Source: an uncultured Candidatus Saccharibacteria bacterium (GTDB lineage Bacteria; Patescibacteriota; UBA1384; JAMDBS01; CAYSHH01). From it: a stretch of DNA of 64,000 nucleotides. The DNA is taken from positions 4,183 to 68,182 of the forward strand of contig CAYSHH010000003.1 in NCBI GenBank assembly GCA_964430945.1, given 5' to 3'. Shown piece by piece: positions 10,149 through 18,369 of this stretch; positions within the stretch are counted from its first letter, which is position 1; every line of letters begins with the position of its first letter. The notes below the pieces were generated by a model, which had not been told where the DNA came from, made no database searches, and saw nothing but the letters and a program-made list of their open reading frames with translations. Position numbers and translations under genes: made by a program.

Positions 10149-10535
10149 ATGAAAGAAAAACTCTTGGCTCCATGTGGGATAAATTGTGCAATTTGCAAAG
10201 GATATTTGCGCGAAAAAAATACCTGTCCCGGGTGCAGATTTTTAGATCCCAAAACCAATACATTTAAATCTTGTACAAAATGCATTATTAAAAATTGTCC
10301 AGAACTCAAAAAAACTAAATCTAAGTTTTGCTATGAGTGTGACAAATATCCATGTAAACGAATGAAAGATTTAAATAAAAGATATGTTACTAGGTATGAC
10401 TATAATACTTTTAAAACTTTAGAATCAATTAAAAAAGATGGCACTAAAAAGACATTCGAAAAAATCATGAAAAAATATTCTTGTCCTAAGGGCACAATTT
10501 GCGTGCATGATAAAGAATGTTATTCATTGAATTAA
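10149..10535 (+). CDS. Cys-rich DUF3795-like protein
   Basis: CGINCAICKGY...CPGC...CTKC...C...CYEC...C pattern in 128 aa. Confidence 0.55.
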   Translation: MKEKLLAPCGINCAICKGYLREKNTCPGCRFLDPKTNTFKSCTKCIIKNCPELKKTKSKFCYECDKYPCKRMKDLNKRYVTRYDYNTFKTLESIKKDGTKKTFEKIMKKYSCPKGTICVHDKECYSLN

Positions 10536-10997
10536 ATGTTTCCAAATAGGAATTTTATGAAAAAAAGATATCGAATTATACCAGAAGTTCATATCATAGT
10601 GAAAAAAGATGACAAAGTATTGCTCTGTCGCAGATATAATACTGGTTATGAAGATGGTAAATTTCATTTTCCTGCAGGACATGTTGAAAACAATGAGTCA
10701 CCGCAAGAAACGGCCATAAGAGAAATTAAAGAAGAAGCAAATCTCACAGTTAATAAAAAAGACCTTCAATGTGTGCATGTTATGTATAGAAACTTTGAAA
10801 AAGAGATAGATAGAATAGCAATTTATTTTCAAACAGATCATTTTACAGGAATTCCGAAAATAGTTGAACAAAATAAATGTGATAAAGTAGATTGGTTTCC
10901 TGTAGATAATTTCCCCAAAAACACAATTTTCTATGTTAAGAAGGCATATGATTTTATAAATAAAAAGCAAATGTATAGCGAAGTAAGGGAAATGTGA
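10536..10997 (+). CDS. NUDIX hydrolase
   Basis: Nudix box FPAGHVENNESPQETAIREIKEEANL. Confidence 0.85.
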   Translation: MFPNRNFMKKRYRIIPEVHIIVKKDDKVLLCRRYNTGYEDGKFHFPAGHVENNESPQETAIREIKEEANLTVNKKDLQCVHVMYRNFEKEIDRIAIYFQTDHFTGIPKIVEQNKCDKVDWFPVDNFPKNTIFYVKKAYDFINKKQMYSEVREM

Positions 10998-11359
10998 TGG
11001 GTATTCAAATCGAATTCAATCCAGATTTGGCTCTCAGAAATATTTCTGAGTACACAAAAGGCAATCGAAAAAGGCAGGAGTGTATTCCGGCAAATCTTGA
11101 AGTTGGAAAAGTTTACGATTTTCTTAAAAAAGGTCAACGTATATTTTGGTTTGATGAAAGTGAATTTTGGTCTCACGGACAAATACCACTATATGAAACC
11201 AATGGTCACCAGCAACTTTCCCGACCAATTGCCAGTATTAAAATATTAGAAGTCACTCACTTTCTTGTTGATAAAGAAGTTTATACAAAAGGAAAATACA
11301 AAATTATGCAAATATTTAACGACCAAAAAATTCATTTTGAAGGGATGAAGAAAATATGA
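10994..11359 (+). CDS. Hypothetical 121-aa protein, copy 1 of a duplicated gene
   Basis: About 95% identical in aa and nt to 13680..14042. No family recognised; a PUA/ASCH-like fold would be a guess only. Confidence 0.7.
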   Translation: MMGIQIEFNPDLALRNISEYTKGNRKRQECIPANLEVGKVYDFLKKGQRIFWFDESEFWSHGQIPLYETNGHQQLSRPIASIKILEVTHFLVDKEVYTKGKYKIMQIFNDQKIHFEGMKKI

Positions 11360-12030
11360 GCAAACCTCAAAATACTAAACTTATAATTTTTGACTGGGAT
11401 GATGTTTTTATCATTGGATCAAAACATGCTTACATAGCTTGTTATTTACAGGTGCTAAAAGATCTTGGTGTCAAAATGTCTCAAAAAGATGCGCAAAAAA
11501 TCATCATTGATATGTGGGGAAAATCATATCAGGCTGTTATCGAAAGTCTGCTTTTTAAAAGGCCAGAACTTACGGGTGCGGGAATTAAGCTTTATGAGAA
11601 ATATTGTTTTAGCGATACTTTTTATAATAAACTAAAATTTATCGATGGAGGCAATAAGGCCATTGAAACACTGTCACAAAAATATACACTTGCACTTGCA
11701 ACAGGACAAGATCCAAAAATATTTGAGCATGTTGTTCGTAAATTTGAAATTAAAAACAAATTTGCGAAGATTGTTTTCTCTTGTGAGATTAAAGATGCGA
11801 ATAAACAAAAACCTCATCCATACGCCTTAAAAAAAATTATGAAAGATCTGGGTTTTAAGCCACATGAAACTGTATTTGTCGGTGATGCTGAAAATGATAT
11901 GTCGATGGCCAAAAATGCACACGTTACTCCAATCGCTGTTTTAACTGGACATTTGACCAAACCCCAAGCTCAGAAGTTAGGTATAAAATATATTATTGAT
12001 AATGTAACGCAAATAAATAGTTTATTGTAG
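11356..12030 (+). CDS. HAD-superfamily phosphatase
   Basis: Motif I IIFDWDDV, ATGQD, and a motif IV that includes ENDM. Confidence 0.8.
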   Translation: MSKPQNTKLIIFDWDDVFIIGSKHAYIACYLQVLKDLGVKMSQKDAQKIIIDMWGKSYQAVIESLLFKRPELTGAGIKLYEKYCFSDTFYNKLKFIDGGNKAIETLSQKYTLALATGQDPKIFEHVVRKFEIKNKFAKIVFSCEIKDANKQKPHPYALKKIMKDLGFKPHETVFVGDAENDMSMAKNAHVTPIAVLTGHLTKPQAQKLGIKYIIDNVTQINSLL

Positions 12031-12032
12031 AT

Positions 12033-12563
12033 ATGAAAATATATCTTATTGGTTCTGGTGGTGTTGGTAAATCGACAGTTGGTTTGATACTTTCCGAAAG
12101 ACTAAAATATAAATTTATTGATCTCGATGCAGAATTTGTGAAAAGATATTGCTCACCTGGTAAATATATTGATCAATATGGATATGATGACTATTGCACT
12201 AAAAACTCAGAACTATTCTTTGATATTCAAAAACAAAACGAGGATAATATTGTTGTGGCCCTTTCTTCTGGATTTTTAGTTTATAATAATCTACCTTTGA
12301 TCTTACACAAAAATATTCAAGTCCTAAAAGATGGCATTTCAATTTTACTAATGCCTTCAAGAGACTATAAAACCAGCGAAAAAGTGATTATCTCTCGTCA
12401 GCTAAAAAGAGGTTTTGGACTCAATTCCAAAAGAGAAAAAGAAAAAATCCGTGCAAGATTTGAAAAATATATTCGCTTTGATGACATTCAGATATTTTCC
12501 ACAAAATCACCTCCACGGATAGCAAGTCAAATTATTAAGAAATTAAAAAAATATGAAAAATAA
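12033..12563 (+). CDS. P-loop kinase, shikimate kinase (AroK)-like
   Basis: IYLIGSGGVGKSTVGLILSERLKYKFIDLDAEF parallels the AroK N-terminus (Walker A then xFxDxD). Confidence 0.55.
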   Translation: MKIYLIGSGGVGKSTVGLILSERLKYKFIDLDAEFVKRYCSPGKYIDQYGYDDYCTKNSELFFDIQKQNEDNIVVALSSGFLVYNNLPLILHKNIQVLKDGISILLMPSRDYKTSEKVIISRQLKRGFGLNSKREKEKIRARFEKYIRFDDIQIFSTKSPPRIASQIIKKLKKYEK

Positions 12564-13149
12564 TATTGCCCAAATTTTTGATTTTTTGCATCAAATACAA
12601 AAACTGAAAAAAACTAGGAGATTCAAAGACAGTCCAAAAATGCCTACCGAATCAGTTCCAGATCACACATGGCGACTAGTACTTATGGTTATCTTATTTA
12701 TTGATGAACTCAACCTTGAGATTGATGAGCTGAAAGCAATAAAAATTGCAATTGTTCATGACATTACCGAAAGCATAACAGATGATATTGATTTTTCACT
12801 CGTACATCAGGGAAAAGTTACCAAAGAAGAAAAACACAAAGAAGAGGTGGAAGCTATCAAAAAGATTCGCTCTATGCTGCCCAAAAAGATTGGCAAAGAA
12901 GTTTATGGTTTATGGCTCGAATATGAAACTGCTGAAACTAACGAAGCAAGATTTATAAAAGCACTAGACAAGATGGAGACACTCACTACTATTTTGGAAG
13001 CAGGCCATAAGTGTTATAGTAATCCTAGAGCAACTACACTTTATGCAACGAAACATATTGACAATTACCCAGAACTTAAGCCAGCATATACTGAGCTTAA
13101 AAAACGTCTAACAAAAGAAATGGCAAAAATGGGATATATATGGAAATAA
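12553..13149 (+). CDS. HD-domain phosphohydrolase (YfbR-like 5'-deoxynucleotidase family)
   Basis: The H...HD metal motifs are present (one as IAIVHDITES), and the length is similar to YfbR. Confidence 0.65.
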   Translation: MKNNIAQIFDFLHQIQKLKKTRRFKDSPKMPTESVPDHTWRLVLMVILFIDELNLEIDELKAIKIAIVHDITESITDDIDFSLVHQGKVTKEEKHKEEVEAIKKIRSMLPKKIGKEVYGLWLEYETAETNEARFIKALDKMETLTTILEAGHKCYSNPRATTLYATKHIDNYPELKPAYTELKKRLTKEMAKMGYIWK

Positions 13150-13162
13150 TTATGAAAAAACA

Positions 13163-13213
13163 AATTCAGCTGGTGGAATGATTTGTGTACATGACAAAAA
13201 GTGTTATAAGTAA
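13163..13213 (+). pseudogene. Remnant of the 3' end of a DUF3795-like gene (paralogue of 10149..10535)
   Basis: The frame encodes ..SAGGMICVHDKKCYK*, against CPKGTICVHDKECYSLN* at the end of 10149..10535. About 22 of 27 nt are identical over the core. Confidence 0.45.
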
Positions 13214-13230
13214 GTTATCGAAAGGAAAAA

Positions 13231-13656
13231 ATGAACATAAATTTATGGCAGACAATTTTGGCTGGGGTAGTAGCATCAATCGCATGGTTTGTAATTGGTG
13301 GTGGATTGTATATGAATCCATTGATTGCAAAGATTTATAAAAACGCTGAAAGTTCCCCTGGTTTAAAAAAATGGTCAAATACTCCAAAATACATTGGTTT
13401 CCAATTTTTGGGAATGTTAATTCAAGCTTTACTTTGGGCTTTTGTTTTTGCATATTTAAAATCAGTTTTACCGGAAGCAAAATTATCAGCAGGTTTAGTT
13501 TTTGGTTTAATTCTAGTTGCAATAAAGATCATTCCTCGAGCTTATGATATGTGGATTCAAACAACTTATCCAAATAAGTTATTACTAATAGAATTTATTA
13601 ATGGTACAATTGGAAGTTTTGTAATGGCACTAATCTTTGCATACATAATTTTGTAG
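13231..13656 (+). CDS. Small polytopic membrane protein
   Basis: 141 aa with 4 predicted TM segments; RBS aaaggaaaaa. Confidence 0.55.
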   Translation: MNINLWQTILAGVVASIAWFVIGGGLYMNPLIAKIYKNAESSPGLKKWSNTPKYIGFQFLGMLIQALLWAFVFAYLKSVLPEAKLSAGLVFGLILVAIKIIPRAYDMWIQTTYPNKLLLIEFINGTIGSFVMALIFAYIIL

Positions 13657-13675
13657 AAGTAATATCAACGAGGAA

Positions 13676-14044
13676 TTTTATGGGTATTCAAATAGAATTC
13701 AATCCAGATTTGGCTCTCAGAAATATTTCTGAGTACAAAAAAGGCAATCGAAAAAGGCAGGAGTGTATTCCAACAAATCTTGAAGTTGGTAAAATATACA
13801 ATTTTCTTAAAAAAGGCCAACGTATATTTTGGTTTGATGAAAGTGAGTTTTGGTCTCACGGACAAATACCACTCTATGAAACCAATGGTCACCAGCAACT
13901 TTCCCGACCGATTGCTAGTATTAAAATATTAGAAGTCGCTCACTTTCTAGTTGATAAAGAAGTTTATACAAAAGGAAAATACAAAATTATGCAAATATTT
14001 AACGACCAAAAAATTCATTTTGAAGGGATGAAAAAGATATGAAC
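13676..14044 (+). repeat. Segmental direct duplication of 10990..11361 (about 370 bp, about 95% nt identity)
   Basis: Direct nucleotide comparison of the two copies, including the ATGA junction with the next gene. Confidence 0.85.
13680..14042 (+). CDS. Hypothetical 120-aa protein, copy 2 of the duplicated gene
   Basis: MGIQIEFNPDLALRNISEY... is nearly identical to 10994..11359. As with copy 1, it overlaps the downstream gene through the ATGA context. Confidence 0.7.
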   Translation: MGIQIEFNPDLALRNISEYKKGNRKRQECIPTNLEVGKIYNFLKKGQRIFWFDESEFWSHGQIPLYETNGHQQLSRPIASIKILEVAHFLVDKEVYTKGKYKIMQIFNDQKIHFEGMKKI

Positions 14045-14491
14045 TATGTTAAGTTTATTCAAGTCAATAATCCAAGAGAACTTAGTGTACTTAGGAATAA
14101 AAAAGCTAATTGCAAAGATTTAAATTTTTCTTTTAATACTAATTATATTCAAAAATTGTCTAATCATTTAAAAAGTAAAAATGCTATTCAAATTATTGCA
14201 AAAATAAATGATAAGTTTGCTGGTTATATTGCCTCAGCAGAGATATTAGAACAATATCCAAATTATTTAGTAATATTTGAGCTTTTTGTTGATCCTGTAT
14301 CGCAAGGCTGTGGTTTGGGTACAAAATTAGTACAAAAAATAATTAACCAGGCAAAGAATAAAAACATGAAAGGTGTAATTGTTCAGACAGAAAAAGAAAA
14401 CATTCCCGCTCAGAAACTTTATGAAAAGATAGGATTTACTAAAATTGAAAACTCAGATTGGGAAGAAGGAATAACCTACACATATGAATAA
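14039..14491 (+). CDS. GNAT family N-acetyltransferase
   Basis: Acetyl-CoA motif A (QGCGLGTKLVQKII) followed by ...IPAQKLYEKIGF. Confidence 0.8.
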   Translation: MNYVKFIQVNNPRELSVLRNKKANCKDLNFSFNTNYIQKLSNHLKSKNAIQIIAKINDKFAGYIASAEILEQYPNYLVIFELFVDPVSQGCGLGTKLVQKIINQAKNKNMKGVIVQTEKENIPAQKLYEKIGFTKIENSDWEEGITYTYE

Positions 14492-14565
14492 GCTAAAAAA
14501 TATTAAATCTTGCCGACTATATCATTCACGAACATGAAAAAATGTTTAAAGTTAAGAAATAAATT

Positions 14566-15099
14566 ATGAAATTATTAAAAACAATTTATGAAACTGATAT
14601 TGGGTTAAAAAATAAAAAGCTCGATATCAAATACAATACAAGAGAAGCTACTAGGGTAGTGGTCTTCAACGATAAAGATGAAATCGCATTGATCTATCTG
14701 GCAAAAGAAGATTTTTATAAACTTCCAGGCGGTGGAATTGATGATGGAGAAAATGTCATAGATGCTCTTAAAAGAGAAGTTTTAGAAGAGTTAGGTATTA
14801 CTGTAGATCATATCAAAGAGATTGGACAAATATTTTCTTACAGAAACCAGATCCAAACAGTCCAAACTGATTTTTGTTTTACTGCCAAATTTTCAAAACA
14901 AGTTCAAGACCCCAAATACACTGACTTCGAAAAACAATTTGATTTTCAGACTCAATGGGTAAAAATTGATGAAGCTCTTAAACTATTCCAAACCCACAAA
15001 GCCAAAGACTATTTTGGAAAGTTTTTTAATGTTCGAGATCAAACTTTGATAAAAGAAGTAAAAAAGATTTGGAGAGGGAATGAAAAGAAACAATATTAA
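14566..15099 (+). CDS. NUDIX hydrolase
   Basis: Nudix box LPGGGIDDGENVIDALKREVLEELGI. Confidence 0.8.
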   Translation: MKLLKTIYETDIGLKNKKLDIKYNTREATRVVVFNDKDEIALIYLAKEDFYKLPGGGIDDGENVIDALKREVLEELGITVDHIKEIGQIFSYRNQIQTVQTDFCFTAKFSKQVQDPKYTDFEKQFDFQTQWVKIDEALKLFQTHKAKDYFGKFFNVRDQTLIKEVKKIWRGNEKKQY

Positions 15100-15856
15100 T
15101 AGATTAAAACAACTTAAAATAAAAGTTCAAGATTATCAAGAATTATTAAAAAATAATAAAGCTATTAGTTTAAATAAACAAAGACTTGATTTGGTGAAAA
15201 GATATACAGAATTAGAGCCTTTATTAAAAGAAGCAAATAAAGGTAAATCATATATTCAATTAAGTCCTGGAAATGTTTGGCCCATTTTAGATTCAATATC
15301 GTCAATAAATGATACTGCTTTACATAATCTTTTACCCGAAATCCTAAATGCTATAGAAAGAACAATAGCTTTTTATGGAGGTAAGAGAGTAGAAATCATT
15401 CCTGAAAATAGAACTATTTTAAAAATTATCAAGAATAATATTGATAATTTAGGAATTCCAAGAAATTTGAATAAAATTAATCAGGAATTATCTTCAATTA
15501 ATAAATTAATTGCAAGTAGCGAAGAAGTTGATTGGCAAAAGGCTGCAGAAGGATGCAGGTCTATAATAATTTATTTAAATGATCAATTATGCAAATTTTC
15601 GGAAGGTAAATATCATCACCTAGATTGTATGAAAAATAATGAGAAAAATCGGTTGATAGTATATTTAATTGAAAACAGAATGAAAGCCGATAGAGCGAAG
15701 ATTTTAGTAAATTCTATATATGATATCGGAGCAAAAGGTAAGCGAGAAACAAAAATTGAAGAATTATGTTTTTGTCTTGTTTTGGTTTATATTTTATTAT
15801 TTGATATTCAACAATTATCAAGTTATCAAATTTTAGAAAATGTTAATAATGAATAA
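15080..15856 (+). CDS. Hypothetical cytoplasmic protein
   Basis: 258-aa ORF with no recognised domain. It overlaps the next small membrane ORF by 17 nt. Confidence 0.45.
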   Translation: MKRNNINRLKQLKIKVQDYQELLKNNKAISLNKQRLDLVKRYTELEPLLKEANKGKSYIQLSPGNVWPILDSISSINDTALHNLLPEILNAIERTIAFYGGKRVEIIPENRTILKIIKNNIDNLGIPRNLNKINQELSSINKLIASSEEVDWQKAAEGCRSIIIYLNDQLCKFSEGKYHHLDCMKNNEKNRLIVYLIENRMKADRAKILVNSIYDIGAKGKRETKIEELCFCLVLVYILLFDIQQLSSYQILENVNNE

Positions 15857-16088
15857 TTATTTAAGTATTGTAGGATTATTTTTAAATATTATTGGTACAC
15901 TAATTATTATCAAATATGGTGTACCCAATGATCTTAAAAAAAATGGTGAAGGTTTTTTATTATTAGAACAAGAGGACAAAAAAGAAAAAAATAAGTATCA
16001 AGAATATAAAAAATTACAGAACATAGGATTGATATATTTGTTAATTGGATTTATTTTACAATTATTTAGTCAATTAAATAATTACTAA
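15840..16088 (+). CDS. Small 2-TM membrane protein
   Basis: Two hydrophobic helices flank a K/E-rich loop. Confidence 0.45.
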   Translation: MLIMNNYLSIVGLFLNIIGTLIIIKYGVPNDLKKNGEGFLLLEQEDKKEKNKYQEYKKLQNIGLIYLLIGFILQLFSQLNNY

Positions 16089-16091
16089 ATC

Positions 16092-16190
16092 ATGCCAACT
16101 GAATTTGAGAATAAGACATATAAAGCAGAAGATTTTACACTCAGGGATTTGTCGGGAATATTATTCTTATTTTTCTTAACTTTTAAATAA
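16092..16190 (+). pseudogene. 5' fragment of a pentapeptide-repeat protein gene (paralogue of 17859..18368)
   Basis: It encodes MPTEFENKTYKAEDFTLRDLSGILFLFFLTFK*, against MTTEFENKTFKSEDFTDKDLSGFLYS... at 17859; about 19 of the first 24 residues are identical before it diverges to a stop. Confidence 0.6.
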
Positions 16191-16207
16191 ATTTAATATA
16201 AAATTGT

Positions 16208-16684
16208 ATGAAAAATCAAACTATTAGACAATATCAGAAACAGGATAAAGATGATGTTTGGAAATTACATGTAGATGGACTTAATCAAACAACCGGTTTT
16301 AAATATGACTCTAAGCTTGATGATGATTTTAATAATATTAAAAGTATCTATCTTGATAACAATGGTGAATTTTATATTGCAGAAATTGATGATAAAGTGA
16401 TTGGTATGGGTGCATTGAGAAAAGTTGATAAAACTACAGCTGAGATTAAAAGGATGAGAGTTAATAAAAAATTTCAAGGCCAAGGAATTGGATCTAAGAT
16501 ACTTGAAAAACTTATTAACAGAGCCAAAGAGCTCGGATATCACAAATTAGTTCTTGATACTTCGGTCAAACAAATCCCCGCTCAAAAACTATATGAAAAA
16601 TTTGGATTTAAAAAATATAAGCAAGAAGGCAATACAATATATTATAAATTAGATATAAATAAGGAATTAAATGAACAGAAATAA
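16208..16684 (+). CDS. GNAT family N-acetyltransferase
   Basis: FQGQGIGSKILEKLINRAKELGYHKLVLDTSVKQIPAQKLYEKFGF; paralogous to 14039..14491. Confidence 0.8.
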   Translation: MKNQTIRQYQKQDKDDVWKLHVDGLNQTTGFKYDSKLDDDFNNIKSIYLDNNGEFYIAEIDDKVIGMGALRKVDKTTAEIKRMRVNKKFQGQGIGSKILEKLINRAKELGYHKLVLDTSVKQIPAQKLYEKFGFKKYKQEGNTIYYKLDINKELNEQK

Positions 16685-17837
16685 ATCAGAAAAATATTTG
16701 GGAATATATGATTTTGGAAACGTTGAGATTGTTGATGCAAAGGATCATTATCTAATTTCAAAAGACGGAAAAAGATATCTTGATTTTGTATCTGGCTGGT
16801 GCGTGGGCAACATTGGCTGGAATGTTCCAGAAGTAAATAATGCAATTAAGAATTTCAAAGGCCCAAATTATGTTAAACCGGGATATTTTTATAAACCATG
16901 GCTTGAACTTGCCGAACTTCTTGCAAAAATTACCCCAGGAAAATTAACAAAAAGTTATGCAGCAACCGGTGGGACAGAAGCAATTGAGCTTGCTATGCAA
17001 ATAGCAATGTATACAACTAGAAGAAATGAATTTATATCGATTGAAGGAAGTTATCACGGGCATTCAATTGGAGCGATGAGTATAGGATCATCTGATTATC
17101 GAAAGACGTATAAAAATTTGCTTCCAAATTGTCATAAAATTAATATCCCGCTTGATGAAAAAGCAGCTCAAAAAGTTGTAGAGCTTTTAAAAACAAAGAA
17201 AATTGCAGCATATATTTCTGAGCCGATTATCTGCAATTTGGGTGTTGAAATTCCAGCCAAAGAATATTATCAAATAGTTGAAAAAGCTTGTAAAAAATAT
17301 GGTACTTTATTTATTATGGATGAGGTAGCAACAGGATTTGGCAGAACTGGAAAAATGTTTGCTTTAGAGCATTACAATCTAAAACCAGATGTCATGTGTT
17401 TGGCAAAAGGAATCACTGGTGGTTATGGAGTATTGGGTGCAACAATTGTTACAGACGAAGTTGCTAAAAGACTTGAAGATTTTGATTTTTATTCAACATT
17501 TGGTTGGCATCCGCTAAATGTTTGTGCTGCGATTGCCAACATCAAATATCTGCTAAAACACAAGCTCTGGGAAAGTTCAAATGAAACTGGTGAATATTTT
17601 GAAAAAGAACTCGCTAAGATTTCATTTAAATATCCTGCCAAAATCAGAATCAAAGGGCTAGCAGTTGGTATCAAATTTGAAAAGCAGGGATATTCACAAG
17701 AAATTGTCAAACGAGCTAAAAAACTTGGATGTTTGCTCTACAATTTAGAGAACCAATATATTTTATTGTTCCCAGCATTAAATATATCTAAAAAAGAAAT
17801 TGATAAATGCGTAAAAATAATTAAAAAATCAGTTTAA
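16671..17837 (+). CDS. Class III PLP-dependent aminotransferase
   Basis: ATGGTEAIELAMQIA, DEVATGFGRTGKMFALEHY and the lysine region CLAKGITGG. Confidence 0.8.
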   Translation: MNRNKSEKYLGIYDFGNVEIVDAKDHYLISKDGKRYLDFVSGWCVGNIGWNVPEVNNAIKNFKGPNYVKPGYFYKPWLELAELLAKITPGKLTKSYAATGGTEAIELAMQIAMYTTRRNEFISIEGSYHGHSIGAMSIGSSDYRKTYKNLLPNCHKINIPLDEKAAQKVVELLKTKKIAAYISEPIICNLGVEIPAKEYYQIVEKACKKYGTLFIMDEVATGFGRTGKMFALEHYNLKPDVMCLAKGITGGYGVLGATIVTDEVAKRLEDFDFYSTFGWHPLNVCAAIANIKYLLKHKLWESSNETGEYFEKELAKISFKYPAKIRIKGLAVGIKFEKQGYSQEIVKRAKKLGCLLYNLENQYILLFPALNISKKEIDKCVKIIKKSV

Positions 17838-17858
17838 GTTTAATTGTAAAAAAACAAT

Positions 17859-18368
17859 ATGACCACTGAATTCGAAAATAAAACATTTAAGTCAGAAGAT
17901 TTTACTGACAAGGATTTATCAGGATTTTTGTATTCTGACTGTAAATTTGAAAATTGTAATTTTTCAAATACCAAAATCAACAATACCAAATTCCAAAATG
18001 TTAAATTTGTAAACTGCAAACTTGTCGGACTCAATTTTTCCAACACTCACAAGCTGACTTTAAGTCCAAGTTTTGAAAACTGTCTTATCTCAAATTGTGT
18101 GTTTTCAAATATTGAAATACCTGAAACTAATTTTTCGTCCTCAAAAATCGTTGAATCTGATTTTTATGACTCTGATCTTATTCGATCTGACTTTTCAAAA
18201 GTAGAGTTTAAGGATACTGTTTTTGACAAATGTGATCTTAGAGAGACTGATTTTAGAAATGCTTTTAACTACCGCATTAATCCAAATAAAAACAAACTTA
18301 AAAATGCACGATTCTCAATCCCAGAAGTCTTACACTTACTTGAAAATATTGAGATAATATTAGAATAA
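17859..18368 (+). CDS. Pentapeptide-repeat protein (Qnr/MfpA-like size, 169 aa)
   Basis: Tandem A(D/N)LxX-type pentapeptides (CKFENCNFSNTKINNTKFQNVKFVNCKLVGLNFSN...). Confidence 0.8.
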   Translation: MTTEFENKTFKSEDFTDKDLSGFLYSDCKFENCNFSNTKINNTKFQNVKFVNCKLVGLNFSNTHKLTLSPSFENCLISNCVFSNIEIPETNFSSSKIVESDFYDSDLIRSDFSKVEFKDTVFDKCDLRETDFRNAFNYRINPNKNKLKNARFSIPEVLHLLENIEIILE

Positions 18369-18369
18369 T

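Noticed and set aside
12033-12563. Confident call of shikimate kinase AroK
   Set aside because: The P-loop and DLD motif fit AroK, but related P-loop kinases (gluconate kinase, CPT-like, nucleoside kinases) share them. No other shikimate-pathway genes are nearby, so the call is kept generic.
13166-13522. 118-aa minus-strand ORF
   Set aside because: It overlaps the plus-strand 4-TM membrane gene 13231..13656, which has an RBS and sits in the co-directional operon, and is antisense with no signals.
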